A stretch of 58,363 nt of DNA, counting the filler, from Sluysia triapertura (lineage: Eukaryota), in the NCBI GenBank assembly GCA_046118255.1. It is 5 parts of 5 records of this genome, joined end to end, with 100 filler letters (N's around TTAATTAATTAA, not from the genome) between each part and the next. Parts side by side here need not be neighbours in the genome. Positions count along the whole stretch, not along the records: positions 1 to 11,083 come from JBJNIA010189165.1; positions 11,184 to 22,400 come from JBJNIA010187246.1; 3 more parts are not named here. One strand, written 5' to 3'. The notes below the pieces were generated by a model. The model was not told the DNA's origin and searched no databases. It saw only the letters and a list, made by a program, of their open reading frames with translations. A program made the position numbers and the translations under genes. Below are positions 1 through 14,319 of this stretch, piece after piece (the stretch's first letter is position 1; each line of letters opens with the position of its first letter).

Positions 1-479
1 TTTAATCTAATAATCATATTCATGAGAATAATAAAAGTAATAAATTCTTTATTACTCGAAAACAATATAATTCAATTAAAAAGTAACTACAATTTTATTA
101 GATTTGCTATCTTAGAATATTTCAAATATAACAAACAGTTTTGTAATAATACAGCTCATAACAAAATGAAACATACTTTTAAATCTTATCGGATAAAAAT
201 GTCCTTAGAGGATCATGAAGCAATCCATAGATATTACATCTTAGTTCATAAATTATTGTTACATATGATCAATAAAAGTAAATGCAAGTTTTCAAAGTCT
301 AAAATTAACTATTACCCTCTTACATTGTATAATCTAACGCCCTCAAGTTTATCATATATCATAAAATGGGGTCAAACTCATAACAAAACACATAAATTAA
401 CTTTTCACCCCATACAAGTTTTGCATAAATATTAAAAAAAATAAACCATGAAACGTTTAACTGAAATTAAGAAGTAAAA

Positions 480-795
480 CATATAATTTATAACAATTTT
501 ACATGAAACTTTTTTTAACACCCCCAATTTCATGTTTCATCTTATATTTCTAAATAAAATAAATTTTATGTATATAATTTCCATCAGACATTCAATCTAG
601 AAGGAAATGTATTGTGCGCAGGGACACGAACAATAGAGAAAAAAGTAGAAAATACACAAATTTCAATGTAGTGAGTGCAACGTTGGATTGTGCATAGATC
701 TTTGTTTTAACGAATATCGCATTCATCAAAACTCAATAACTCAAATTAAATATTTTATTCAAAGATTATTCTTTAAAAAGCCCGTTGTGAAAGGG
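480..795 (+). mobile_element. Non-autonomous piggyBac relic (C-terminal Cys-rich domain plus right end)
   Basis: 600-725 translates to RKCIV..KYT/FQCSECNVGLCIDLCFNEY (piggyBac CRD). It ends in TGAAAGGG and aligns with the 29112-29482 element. Left end not defined. Confidence 0.7.
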
Positions 796-2244
796 ATAAA
801 TAATGCTTTTTACAATGGATGATTATTTTTGTGGTGGTCCAACTTATTTCACTTAATTATATTATATATTATTCAATAATAAACTCTTATTTACAATAAA
901 ATTATTAATATAAAACACAAATTATTTCACATTTAAAATCTTGAAACGTTTCAACGCAATTTTTCAACAATCATGATAATGAAATTTTCATATCAATTTT
1001 TCGAACAAATAATAACGTGTATTTTTTGTCTGTTGAAAATCAATTTTTGAAGAATTAAAAGAACTCTATCGCATTATTTGCTTCCGGCAAATGAAGATGG
1101 TAAGAAAATGGATATATTAATATTCGCAAAAAAGTAGAATATTTAGGAAGGAATTGTTACAAAATGCTTCCAGTCCTGATATCCTAAAACAGGAGAGAAC
1201 GATCGAAGAACAGCAACTGATTGCTACATAATTACAAAAAATACAGGCAAAATGATACAATATGCACAAAATTTGATGCTTGTTTGAATTGTGGTCAGAA
1301 TTCTGAATCTTGTCAAGTTACTGGACCAATCACAATATCAGAGAAACAATTTCAATGTCATTAATTTATTATATTGATTCACAAACCAAATCATAGAAAA
1401 ATACGTCATTGGCCAATTGGAATTGTCAAGAACCAATTATGAAGAATAATCAGTGACAAGATGAAATATTGTCGTCGAGTTCAAAGTACTTGTATTCAAC
1501 CATTTATTTATAATATTGAAATTTCAATTCAAGAAATCACGTCAACTATATATTTCGATTTACTGATAGAAAATACATATACATACGCAAGTTATTGTAT
1601 GCTGAATGAACTTAAAGAAATTGTATGACGTGCACGTAATCAGTATTTGAAAAAGATCATTGATGATAAACTGATTGTTCAATTTATTCAGCCAATTTTA
1701 TCTGAACTAATTGAATTTTATTTAATTAACATTTGCCTTATGCGACCTGTTAGTAAAAAATTTAACGTTGGATCAAAATGAAAAAGAAGTTTAAAACTTC
1801 CAAGAAAACACGTTACAAAGAATTGAATATTATAATTATAGGTAATTATAGGTATTAAAGATTCATTCATTCATTTTGAGAGCATTATCTCTTATTGATG
1901 TTAGTAAGAGAGAATCAGATGGTCCCACGTCTCATGCCGATACTGCTTATGGAACTGCTAATGTTGACAAGATGCAAATGTTGGTTCCGAGCAAGTTAAC
2001 AGCTATGGTGATTCGTATCGATGTTATGATGCTGCTAGGTGTTCCTTCATAATTTTATTTTTTATATTTTATATATTCATTAGCCATGTTCCTACTCACT
2101 TAAGCATTCCTAATGATCAAAATTGTTCACATCATTCAAACATTATCGAATACGTTATTATTACTACGTTATTATTATTACTCAAAATTTTAACTCATCT
2201 CACCACACTAAAAAATTACATTTTTGTAACACCAGCTTTTTATT

Positions 2245-4470
2245 CTATCAAAAATCATTTAATTAGCGTTTCAAATTTATTTTAAAACTAAATGGAATTT
2301 ATTTCAACACCTTTTACTACGTTGTTACTCTCTTTAGATATTCTTCATAAATTCTCTTTATATTCAAAGAATAGAAAGAATTAAAAGATTTAAAGAATAA
2401 GAATTTTAATATTAAAGAAAGAGAACTTTGTAAAAGAGGAATTAAAAAGAATTCAGTTTTAAACAGAAATATGTAAAGAAATAAGTTTTAAAGAGAATTT
2501 ATGTAAAGATTTTTNNNNNNNNNNNNNNNNNNNNNNNNNNNNNNNNNNNNNNNNNNNNNNNNNNNNNNNNNNNNNNNNNNNNNNNNNNNNNNNNNNNNNN
2601 NNNNNNNNNNNNNNNNNNNNNNNNNNNNNNNNNNNNNNNNNNNNNNNNTCTTTATCATTACTATAATCATTTTCATTATTATTTTAATTTCATTAACTGT
2701 CAATATTGACAGTTTTAATTACATAAATCTACAACTCATTTTATTAAATGTCAACTAATGACAGTTTTCTTTACTTCAAAATTTTAATTCGAAAACCCCG
2801 GCAACAAGAATTCTTTCTCACTAACTCCTTGAAAGCGATTTTCATTATTGGACGTTCTTATGCTATTAGCCGGCGAGTTGGATCATTGGCGAGAGGCCAA
2901 TTATTTTAGTCACAATTATTGTTATCCAATCAATTTTATTTAGCTCAAAAACCTTTAAAAAGAATTTATTAATTAATTTATTTTTTAGCGTGAAAATACT
3001 CAAAAATTTTATACTTTTATCGTATATTTATTACTCAGTACAGTTAAAGTTATTAATGATGAATTCTTATGATGAGAATACATTAGAAAATACGTTTTTT
3101 CAAACAATTACAATAAACCAGAAAAACATAGTACAAAATACTATTGAAAATAAGTGGATTATCACTATACCTCGTAAAATTCATTTCGGAAGAAATGATG
3201 ATTTTGATTATTTAAGTCATGTACTTGTACCCATAAATTCGTAAGAAATTATACATAATACTGTATTAAGTCAAAAGCAAATGCAATTCAAAACGCTGGC
3301 AAATCAAAAAGTAATGATACAAGGAAAATTGTTGCTCCTAATACCTAAAATTGCCAATAACAAAAGAGAGATCGAATTATTATTTACCAAAACATTTTTA
3401 GAACGAGATTTAGCTTATCAAGTATTTTGTATTTCTGAACCTCTAATTGACAGTTCATATGACGAGATTTCAAATGAGAATTGAGAAAATATTCTCCTTT
3501 CAATTCTCTAGAAGAATGCTCGAATCCTTTATGTAAATTTAGTTGTCAACATGTTCATTAAAATGCAGGAGAAACAGAACCTCCCCATTACCTACGTTGT
3601 TACAAAACTGGTCAATGTTTTTATGGTACTTCAGATACTGATAAGTGCCTTATGTATAGTCATGGTTTCTCAGATTCACGACAACCTTTCTATGATAACA
3701 AAATATTCAATGATGATTCCGAACATATTGATAATCTATTATCTACATTAAAAATAAAACCAAATCTAACAAGTTTTTCGATTATTGGCAACACACATCC
3801 GAGTATTTCAAATGATCGAGCATTATACACATTTGAACCTTATATTAAAAATGAAAATTTATTCATTAAAGTAAACTATTATATTTTAGAATTTTATTTT
3901 GATTATTATGATAATTAAGAGATCCAAGTAGTACATGGAGGTTGGAATATTCAAAGATCAATAAGCATTTAATATTATACAAACTTTTTGTTATAAAATA
4001 CGTTTTTATTGATAATATAAATTTTATGTTGAATATATATTCGAGTTTTATTTTCAATCATTTCATTTATAAAGGAACATCAGAGAAATTCAATCAAATA
4101 AAAATTCTAATAGAAATAAATAAAGTTAATTTAGTTAATAATCTGAATAATTTAATTAATTCGATAACAATTAAATTTAAAACATTTTATAAACTCCCAA
4201 ATAACGATTAATCATCTAAGTTAAAAACTTTACCAAATTAAAATAACAATAAAAAGTTCATCAATAATAAAATTGTATTTTAATGATTCTTCGCATAGAA
4301 CACTTCCACATTCAAGTATTTTAGCCTCAATAGTGTTTAAGTCGTCCTAATATATATTTGTTAATTATTATTATAATATAAGCTTAATATTTTATTTAAC
4401 TTTTCCTAATAAGTTTCATTATTTATTTTAAGTAATCATATGAAAAGGTTTAGGATATTATGCTTAAATA
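2245..4470 (+). repeat. Dispersed ~2.2 kb repeat, copy A (inverted homologue at 14320-16320)
   Basis: Blocks such as atcaaaaatcattt..aaatttattttaaaac, aaagcgattttcattattggacgttctta and taagagatccaagtagtacatgga match the reverse complement of 14320-16320 in collinear order. Confidence 0.75.
3480..3870 (+). pseudogene. Unkempt-like CCCH zinc-finger gene fragment
   Basis: Reads CQHVH*NAGETEPPHYLRCYKTGQCFYGTSDTDKCLMYSHGFSDSRQPF, compared with Unkempt HRTTGDTERRYHLRYYKTGxC..CAFAHGxxDLRxP. In-frame stop present. Confidence 0.7.
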
Positions 4471-7249
4471 ATAAATTTTATGAACATTTCATATTAATAA
4501 CGGATACTGCCAATTAGAATCAGTAATAATATTTGAATTGTATTACCAAAAATTTCAGAAAACGGTCTTTTCAGATTTTTGATTAAACAATTAAAAATTT
4601 ATTCCACATTTTCATAATCATTATTTTCATCAGGAATAGAATTATTATTTAATTGCACTTCCTTCTTTGAGTTGGATCAGGCATCACGGAATATTTTGCC
4701 ATAAACACCGTGTTTAGATATATGCTTTGTGAAGTTGTAAATTTGAGTAATGTATGAGTATGTTTTGAAATTATGTTTGATGTTGATATTGGGAATGAAT
4801 TGTTAAATTGAGTGGATTTAGTTAAATTTAAATGTAACTCACTTACTTTAAGTAAAAATTCTGAAAAAGTCTTTGATAATGTATTTCATTCCCCTAGTAT
4901 ACTAATGAAAACCTTGGTGTAATTTAAAATCACTTTTTCGAGCATGAAAACAAAACTTCGTTAATCCTAAATGTACATCACAAAAGAATCTTTTTCTTAT
5001 CATTTCATTATTAAATGCATTTAATATTGTTTTTATAACTTTTATCATGTTTGATCTCAAACTTAACAAAAACTCTTCATTACTTTTTGAGTCGTCATAA
5101 GAGTTATCAATTACGGATTTGATCAAACTATACTTCAATCTCACTGCCGAATTACAAAAATCGATAGTTTATTTCAACTTCCATTCCAAGTTTAGATCTC
5201 ATGAAACTTGTAATTAATTTTGTTTTACATATTTTTTAAGGTTCTATTGAGATAGGATCAAGATCTACCGTAAACAAATAAAAACGAAAGTACTCTAAAT
5301 TATCAATGATAATTTTATAATACGACAAAAATTATAAACGCAATTCATAGTAGTAATATTCACTAAATATATAATACAAGGTCTGAATCGAATTATGACA
5401 ATAATTTGGATTATTTCTTACTAAACTCCTTGAAAGATCGAACAAAACATCGTGATGTGAAACGCCAGATTGATGAAGACAATTAATATCATGGATGAAC
5501 AGATTCATGTAGTATTATTTCTAATATAAAATTGCATTATTTGTGTCAACTTCTGGAAAAAGTAATTCATAATCAATTTCAAATAAAGTTCATTTTTATC
5601 TCTACCATATTGTGAATAAAATACCATATTGTAGTAATATAATTGTAAAACAATGATTTCATGATATCAAATCTCTCGAAACACTTTCCATAAAGACTGT
5701 ACTAAATGATTCACTAAAAATATTTCTTTGTTCTTCTACCAAATGAACTACTTTTTTATCGTCTGAAGTAAGGAATGCAATAACATTATTGGAAGAATCA
5801 AACACTTTATCATTAATGTAATGTTTATTCATTTTGACTTCATAATCTTAACATATTATTCTGATTTAATATTTATCTTGTTGCAAGATTTTTTTATTCA
5901 AGTCACTTTTGGCTTGTATATCACTTCCAAAATATTGTATGATAATCTCCAACTTTTTGAACTGTTAGCAGCTGCTCAATTTAAATGAAGCATTGGGATA
6001 ATTATGTTTTATTAGAGTACTAAATGGCATTATTCTCTTAATCAAGCTTAAGTGAATCTTATTACAGTTACTGTTGCAAGAAGACAGTCACTCTACTTTA
6101 ATATTATCGTAATAATGCATATTATTGTTCACTTGACTTGTCTTCTTAGATGCTCTTATAAATTTCAAATTGGCATGTATACAACCAGTAGCTTTATTAT
6201 TATTTATTATATTACTTATTTATATTTTGATTTAATTATCTACTCACTATTACAAAAAGATAATAATTGCCTTTATTACAAGGCTACCGATTTAAATAAT
6301 CGACAAGCTTAAGCATCTAAATAATAAATTTATTAATTATATGAAGTTAATTAACTATTTAGTTGGACTGTTTAAATTACTTCGTTTGTATTCTCGGAAT
6401 ACCTGAAATTAAAGAATTATAAAATATTAAAAATATAAATAGTTAAAATTCAAAAATCAATAAATAGTTTTAATACTTACTTAAGAACCACAATCACGTA
6501 TTTTACTGTCACGATCACTTCAAAATGTAACTCATAAATATTGTTCTTTTTAAAGAACAATGGAAAACAGTTTCCTTTTATCGTAATTTTGATGTCGTTT
6601 TAACTCAAATAAATGAGTACTCATTTAAATCATCAAAATTGAAGTTTATATATTTGAAATTTGCGACATAACACTGATACCACATCGTATTGGCTTTTCA
6701 ACGAGGATACTTGGAATTTTGTTATACCAAGTGTATCTTATTACTAATTTTATCAATTTTCCTTTTATAAATCAGACTCAACAGTCGGTAAAAGATCATT
6801 GTTCTACAGAGATATTTATATATTAGTGCAGGTTAATACTACAAAAGAACGTTGTTAATTATTCAGTTGTGTTAGTGGTGTTTAAATTGTTGGTGTTAAT
6901 GCTATTTCCTGTGTTGAACTTTTATAAACGAAACAATTAGGACTTTTGTTTTTATGAAATATGTGTTCAATGATTATAATGCCTTATTTTAGTGATTAAT
7001 GAATTTAGCAATTAGTTCATTTTAAATTTTCAGAAAAAGAGCCAATTTAAGTTTTCCATAATGCAATTTGTAATTTATTGCTTACTATTCTGTACATGAA
7101 ATATATTATTTAATGAATATTTATGTATATTAAATTTTATGATGATCCGATCATAGTCGAATCGAGTTGTGATTTAATGGTTACAGTTGAGGTTGTCTTG
7201 CGTTTTCTGAATTATGGGATTTATAGGTAATTTGTACGTTATAAGCATA

Positions 7250-8210
7250 TGTGCTATAAGTTGAGCAACCTCAAATGTCAATCCTCATATGATGAACCAG
7301 CTGATAATTGAATTTTTTAAAGTTTTTCACTTCACTTCATTCTAAGACTCATTAACCAAAAAATGTGCATGAAGTTTTGGATTATCATTTTTTGTATATT
7401 CAACAGATTCTGAATTTATATTCTTATTAATGCGGTGAAACATTGAATCTTTTAATAAACGGAAAATTCTTATACCTCTTGCTTAAGATATATAAGAATG
7501 ATGATCATCTCAATTTTTTATGACAATGCTATTTAACTTTTTGGCCCAAATGCACGCATCATTTACAGTAAAGATACGATAAATTCATTTTATAATTAAA
7601 ACCCAAGATTTGAATGGAGTTGCATATAAAACACGATCTTGTAGAAAAAGAACACTATCAACCTTACCTTTAAGAATTACTAATGCTATTGCTTTATAGC
7701 CGTTAGGAGCATTGATGCACATCCAGTTGATTTCATAACTACGTGTTTTGCAGCCAATAAATCAACAGTATCTATTCTTACATCAACTAGTAAAGTTTTT
7801 TGGCATATTCAAATGTACCATGTATAACAGAGTTCAATGTCTTTAATCAATTCTTTATCAAACAAAATAGTTAATTTTGTGTGAAAGAAATAAATCCATT
7901 TAATTTCATAAATCCTACGATTCAATTTTTCTTTGCTATTAATTAAATTCTACATTCATTGCCAAATAACTCACCCTATCATAAATAAACCGTGTAACAT
8001 TATTTGCATTCTAAAGTCTATTATTTCATCATGTAATATTTGTTCAATATTTCACAAACTAAGTTTTTTCGACCACCAGCTTATTCATTTCATAGAGGAA
8101 GATTGTTTTTGCATTTTATCTTGGTTTTTACACCATTGCTGAAACATTGATTCATCACATGTATCTTTATTTTTAGCTTCAAAATATTGTTTTGCAGCAT
8201 AATATGATTT
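7250..8210 (-). mobile_element. Decayed pogo/Tigger-type transposase
   Basis: Fragments TVDLLAAKHVVMKSTG, INAPNGYKAIALVILKG and FKSWV, with many stops and frameshifts. Confidence 0.6.
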
Positions 8211-8388
8211 TCTTTACAAGAATCATAAAAGTTCGTAAAAATTGTAGCCAAATTTATATTAATTAAAAATTAAATATTTTAATGTCTAGGTTAAATAATC
8301 TCTTTAAGTAAAATGCATTCGTTAGTTGTAAACGTACTCAATGGCTCTTTCTGATACACATTTGTAAAGTACCTATTAATATTTTTTA

Positions 8389-8436
<48 letters not shown>

Positions 8437-9102
8437 TTTATTTTATTAGTTTTATTGTTTTATCATTTAGTGATTATATTTTTAATAAAACAGATATATT
8501 ATTACACGACTATATAAGCTACATCGTAAATTAATAAATGAAAATTTTTACACATTCTTTTACTAGGAACCATAGTTTAAATGACGTTATAATTTTGAGT
8601 ACGAAATTATATGCTTATAGATACTGTTTAGGTTATCTCAAAAATACCATCACTTACAAAACAATTTCAGAGAATATTTATTTTGTGTACACTGAAAAAA
8701 TTGTGGACTTCGTAATTAAATTATATTCCAGAAATTACGGGAAAGTATTCACTAGCACCAAAAAATCCTTAATTTTTACCAATAAATATAAACTAAGAAA
8801 TGTAAGTGGTATCGTCGAGTTTTAATAACTTATGCATATCATTGTAGATTTATATTTAGTGGAATTAATATTGTCAATTGTTAATTGTATTATGTAAATC
8901 GGTTGCCGGAGCATTATTCTAAAACATCTTAATGGTACACAAAGTCCATCAGCCATAATTATTTTTATATTTACTTTTTAAATGTCATTAAAATATGAAC
9001 TTTAATATATGATTAACTTTTTAAAATAATTTTATTTAATATAATTTAAATAATTAATGCTGAAATTATCTATACCACCTTATTCAAAGCCTAATATAAG
9101 TG

Positions 9103-9805
9103 TTACCCAAGTACTTTGAAAGGTAAAACTTGAATTTCTATTGCTGAAATTATACATTATAATATGCAATTATTAAGGTTCAATAAAATACTAACCATCA
9201 ATGTATGATATTTGTGGCAATAACCTAATTACCTCTAATGGATAATTAGAGGATAAACAAAATGGATTTGTAAGATTTGTGATAATTTCTGCAAAACATA
9301 CCTTTTTTAAATGTTCCAATTTTGATAAACATCGAATAGACTGAATACTGCGAAACATTTAAATAAATTAATATAAATTTCACTTTGTAATATTATTACC
9401 AGCTGCGTTTAGATTTACTAAATTATTACAATTTTCTAATCCTTCTAAAGCGAATATTGGTTAATTTAAAAATAAAACTATAAACTTAATGTGACTATTC
9501 TATTATTTGATATGTCAAGTATTCGTAATTTATCAAACAATGATAAAGCGTCAATTGTTGTTAGTTGATTGTTACTTATATTAATAATTTCTGCATTTTT
9601 ACATACTTGCAAGCCGTGTATATTTTCAATATCTAATAAAAATAATTTATGTGAAATATTTTTACTATTATATGATAAATCAATATTGGTGACATTTTCT
9701 AAATCAAATTCACCTAATTTTTTCTTCAATATTTTTTTGGATAAAATTTCAGCTGTTTAAGATATAATTTATAACAATAAATGTGTATTTATATTAACCT
9801 GTCAT
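9103..9805 (-). CDS. LRRC61: Leucine-rich repeat protein, LRRC61-like (6 exons)
   Basis: Spliced product MTAEILSKKILKKKLGEFDLENV..ISNNQLTTIDALSLFDKLRILDISNNRIVTLKGLENCNNLVNLNAAGNNI..LTNPFC..LLPQISYID. Five GT-AG introns of about 46, 33, 41, 36 and 52 nt keep the frame to TAA at 9103. Confidence 0.88.
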
Positions 9806-11127
9806 TTTAAATAATAAATATTCATTTTAAATAACATTTTAAATCACAGAATAACAAAAAGTAAAAAATATTTCAAAAATTTAAAGTGTAAGGTTACATT
9901 TCGTGTTTAAAAATTTTATGTAATAATTAAAAAAATGTTTAATTAATATTAATTTATAATTTATTAAAATTTGTTAATAAAAATTATAGTTTATACCATC
10001 ATAGCAACTATTATTACAAACAAATGAATAATTGAAAATTAGAAGGAATTAAAATCTTCTTTAATTACAAATTATTTTAATTACAAAATAATTAGACATA
10101 TGTTTTTTAATGGACTCAACATTTGTAAATGTCGTAAAATTTAACACATTTTAACTTTTATTTTAGTTTATTTATAAAACAAAAATAATTTTTCTACATT
10201 AATTAAGAATTTTCATTTAAAACTGCTTTATTCAACGAATTTATATAATATTTGATATTTTTTTGATTGACAACATTTTAAAATTATGCTAATTGTTTTG
10301 TTATTCCAGGATTTTTAAATTACTAAATTACTAAATGATATATTGTACATTGTATTAATGTTAATGTTAAGCTGATTATGGAATTCGAGTAATGTTATGC
10401 CATTTTAGGAACGGATGTGAATCAATATAGTTTAAATTCATTTTTAGTTTATAGAAACGTTGCGTATTATTCTATTTGATGCATGTTAAATAGATTAAAT
10501 TAACTCCAATAACTTTTATTTAAACTCAAAATATAAATAAGATATAACTGAAATTATATTCTGGGTCCCAATTAATAATAAAATCAAATATGGCAAATAA
10601 ATATATTTCAAATTTTATAACCAATAAATGTTAAATTATAAAATAAAATAACTTTATAGAGCATTATTAACAATAAAATTACATAAACAAATACGCAAAT
10701 TAATGTCTTCACCTTAAACGAAATATAACTAACCGTTATTTCATGTTAATATTACTTGAATGTAATGCGCAGCTTTAGACTCAATGACCTTTTGAAGCTG
10801 ATATTGATTTTACTTATATTCATTTTAATGATGGATAATTTCACATGATCGATTGATTTTAATATTTGATATTTGATTTTACTTTTGATTTTATAATTAA
10901 TTTGATTCGATAATTATTGATATTATTATTTGTTACTTTTATTGTAAATATTATCATTATATTAAAAAAATAAAATAAAAAACTCAAAATTATTTAAAAT
11001 ATTAAATAAAACAAATTATCTAAAAATACAATTAATTGTTTAAACGAAATAATTATATAAACAAATAACAAATATATACATAANNNNNNNNNNNNNNNNN
11101 NNNNNNNNNNNNNNNNNNNNNNNNNNN

Positions 11128-11139
11128 TTAATTAATTAA
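11128..11139. other. Scaffolding spacer N-TTAATTAATTAA-N (also 22445-22456, 36096-36107, 47298-47309)
   Basis: An identical 12-mer with stops in all frames sits between N runs four times. Confidence 0.95.
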
Positions 11140-11709
11140 NNNNNNNNNNNNNNNNNNNNNNNNNNNNNNNNNNNNNNNNNNNNATAATATTTTTAATATA
11201 TTGTGTCGAAAAAATAAGAAAAATGGAATAACCACACTTAATCAGACAAAAGATAAGTTATGGGGTAGTACTAGTAAAATAGAAATGAACACTAACTCGA
11301 ATTAATATTAGTTGAGAATAGGGATATAAATGGATTACATGAATTGGAGTGTTATATAAAAGAAATTGCAAATTATATGGATTCTAAAGAAAAATTGGCT
11401 ATAAAATGAAATTGATTACAGAGAGAAAATAGTTAACGTTTAAGAAATTATTGGCCATAAAATAATATTTGATTCAAATATTTAAATATGCTAAAAATGC
11501 ATAAAGCTAAACCAAATAACTTAAAAATAAGTTTGAACACATTCCATAGACAATTTTACTTCAACTGTTTTATTTATTGAACAATTTATTATTGAATATT
11601 GCTTATATATTTCAGAATAATGAAGACATTCGAAATAGCTTAATTCATATTTAGATCTAATTATAAATAGTTCCTTAAAATAATTCAAAGATTAAATTTG
11701 TAAAAAAAA

Positions 11710-14030
11710 CAGTGGTTTTCCATGAACATTTATATGATTGTTATCTATGTGGAACAAATAATTGCAGTTTTAACCTTCCGCCAACCATAAAAGTGTGTTT
11801 GCATTGCATACCGTGCGGGTTTATTGGATCCATAAATTAATTAACATAAAAATTAAAATTACATATTATTGTTTTCTTATAAATAAACAGTTGTAAATTT
11901 GTGTTTTTAAAATAAACTTTGTGTTTTAATTTTTTCATTTTTCTAAGGGATTGAAAATAGAGTTAAAAGGGATTAGAGATAAATAAATATTATAAAGTTA
12001 AGTTGAAATTAAAGAAAAAAACGTTTTAATGATTCTTATAAAGTGCATCGAAGAGTTTAAAGTTGAATTAAAATTTTTTATAAAGCGAATCGGGTAAATT
12101 TAATTTGTAAAATAAAAAAAAGTTTTTTGAATAATATTAAAGCACATACAAGAATTTAAATAAATAAACTTAAAAGTATTAGAACTTTTGTTGAGCAATT
12201 CCATCTCGAACAACTGAAACGAGTATTCGAATTCACACTTTCAGATAGTATATATATAGTATAAATATCACATAAAATAAATTAATAAAATTACACATTA
12301 ACAATAATAATCTTGATTTATATTGTCCAAATAGAACTTTATAGTTTTAAAGCATACACCATTACTTTCTAACTATAAGGCGAAGTTTTAACGAGTCCCA
12401 CTATTAGAAATTAAGACTGGTATAAAGTCCCTTCCTAAATATAATGTTAAATTACTTTTTCATCTGCATTAATTCATCTTCTTATACATTATTTATATAT
12501 TCGTACACATTATCTCCGTTTTCATTTGTTATTAGTAAATCTACAAAATAGTTTAGATAAGAAATCACAATATATTTTGTATATCTTTTTATTTCCATTT
12601 TTAGATTTCTTCGCCATTTGCAAATAATCTAAAAATTATTTTAATAAAAATAAAATCATTTTCATACATTTTTGATTTTTTAAATATCTTTTTCCTCCGT
12701 AACTTTCCAGAAATTAAATCATGTCCCTTATGCTTATCTGATTGCATTCCTTCTTTACTATTTCACATTAAAAAATTAATAATTTTAATAAAAACAGTTG
12801 AATGATTACGACTGAAAAATTTATACAAATTACAGGACCTGTTGATCACAGTTAAAAATAGTACTTGCTTGTTGTTTTAGTTTTTTGTTCAATTCATTCC
12901 TTTTAAATGATGGTAAGTATACATAACATGCATTGGATCAAGACTTTCTATATCAATGAAAGCGAATTTCATTTTATATTTTTTTGTCCGGCAAATAGAA
13001 AGACATAAAAAAGGTACATATAAAATAAAATATTTAAATAAGAGACGATTAACTAATTAATATAGAAAATAAAAACCAAATATATCGACACATTCAGGCT
13101 TCACATAAATTTCATGCCAATGTTCACCATCTATATGTTATTTACAATGTAACCACCTTTAAACACATTTTCAAGTAGAGCAGTACGAATTTGATTAATT
13201 TCTAAAGAACCAATCCTGTATTTCCACTACAGCTTTGGCTTTCAATTTGGTACGTTGTACTATTATTTAAATCTACCTAACTTGTTAAACTTAACTTATA
13301 ACAATTTTATAATAAATCAAAAGAAGCAAGACCATAAAATACATTTATTTATTAATTTTTACATTTTTTCTACTAATTCTTTGAGCACCTCTTCATTTTT
13401 CTGCATTCCAAAATGCTCATACCACAATATTAATTCAGAAACAGCGTACATAGATATTCTATGTATGATTAAATAAAAATTAATAAAATTTTACCTACAT
13501 TCATACTACTTTGGCTTCGATTAATTGACAGGATGGTAAATACAATTTTATGTAGTATGGTATTCCAGTTTCCCTTTGACGCATAACATGCATTTTTATC
13601 AGTAATTAACCACTTAAGCATCTCGAACAAGATTCTCTCGCTCATCAAATGTGTTCCGATTTGCGCTATCCCGAGTACCTCACACCACTTATAAACATTG
13701 TGTTTATATTTTTATCTGGAGCGATATCTTTTCGCAAGTTTGTATTTCATAGAACTTAGTGTATATTTATTGTGTGCTCGTTCGAATTTATTGAGTGTGC
13801 CAGAGACATGTGCCCGCATGCGTATAACAAAGTAAACATAAACAATATTATAAATATAAATAAAAACAAAAACACCTACGTTTTTGACCTCATTTAACAG
13901 AAAAACCCTCGCATTAAGTGGTTAAAATGAGTACTATCAAAAACGTGTATTTGAATATTAATAATACGTGATATATCGACGTCACTAATACATTCAATTG
14001 TGCATTTTAGTCCGAAACCTTTAATCATAA
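11710..14030 (-). pseudogene. Decayed multi-exon gene(s) of uncertain identity (possible RING/B-box remnants)
   Basis: Exon-like blocks bounded by short GT-AG introns (e.g. ISMYAVSELILWYEHFGMQKNEEVLKELVEK; SDKHKGHDLI; MQCKHTF), with in-frame stops. Confidence 0.35.
13610..13921. mobile_element. piggyBac-type MITE, 312 bp
   Basis: TTAA|CCACTTAAGC ... GCATTAAGTGG|TTAA, i.e. TIRs plus a TTAA duplication. Confidence 0.85.
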
Positions 14031-14319
14031 CAGAATAATGAAAATGCGATTAGTGATTTCGGCTATTCTCCAAAATTTAGTGAAGAATCTAAAAAAATTA
14101 ATTAATTTGTATTTGGTCAAGTGAAAATCGTGCTTTTTTCAATTCACATTTTTACGTCTTCTTGAATGTCGTTTTTTTGTTGTTCTTATGTTACTTGTTT
14201 TCTGGTTTTCGGTTGTTTATTTAATGGATTTAGTGGTACTGTATTGTTTTTCGTGGTAAGGTTTAGTTTTACATGAAATTGGTTTTATATTTTTAAAATA
14301 ATTTGTTAATAATAGTAGT

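Noticed and set aside
22-435. 137-aa ORF and most other short ORF-track entries
   Set aside because: I/N/K/Y-rich translations of AT-rich DNA with no motifs or splice support.
1080-1830. Possible gag/zinc-knuckle (CLNCG) relic; also faint LINE/hAT/Tc1 traces near 4700, 11250, 30450, 36400, 52150 and 57800
   Set aside because: Too decayed to assign without a search.
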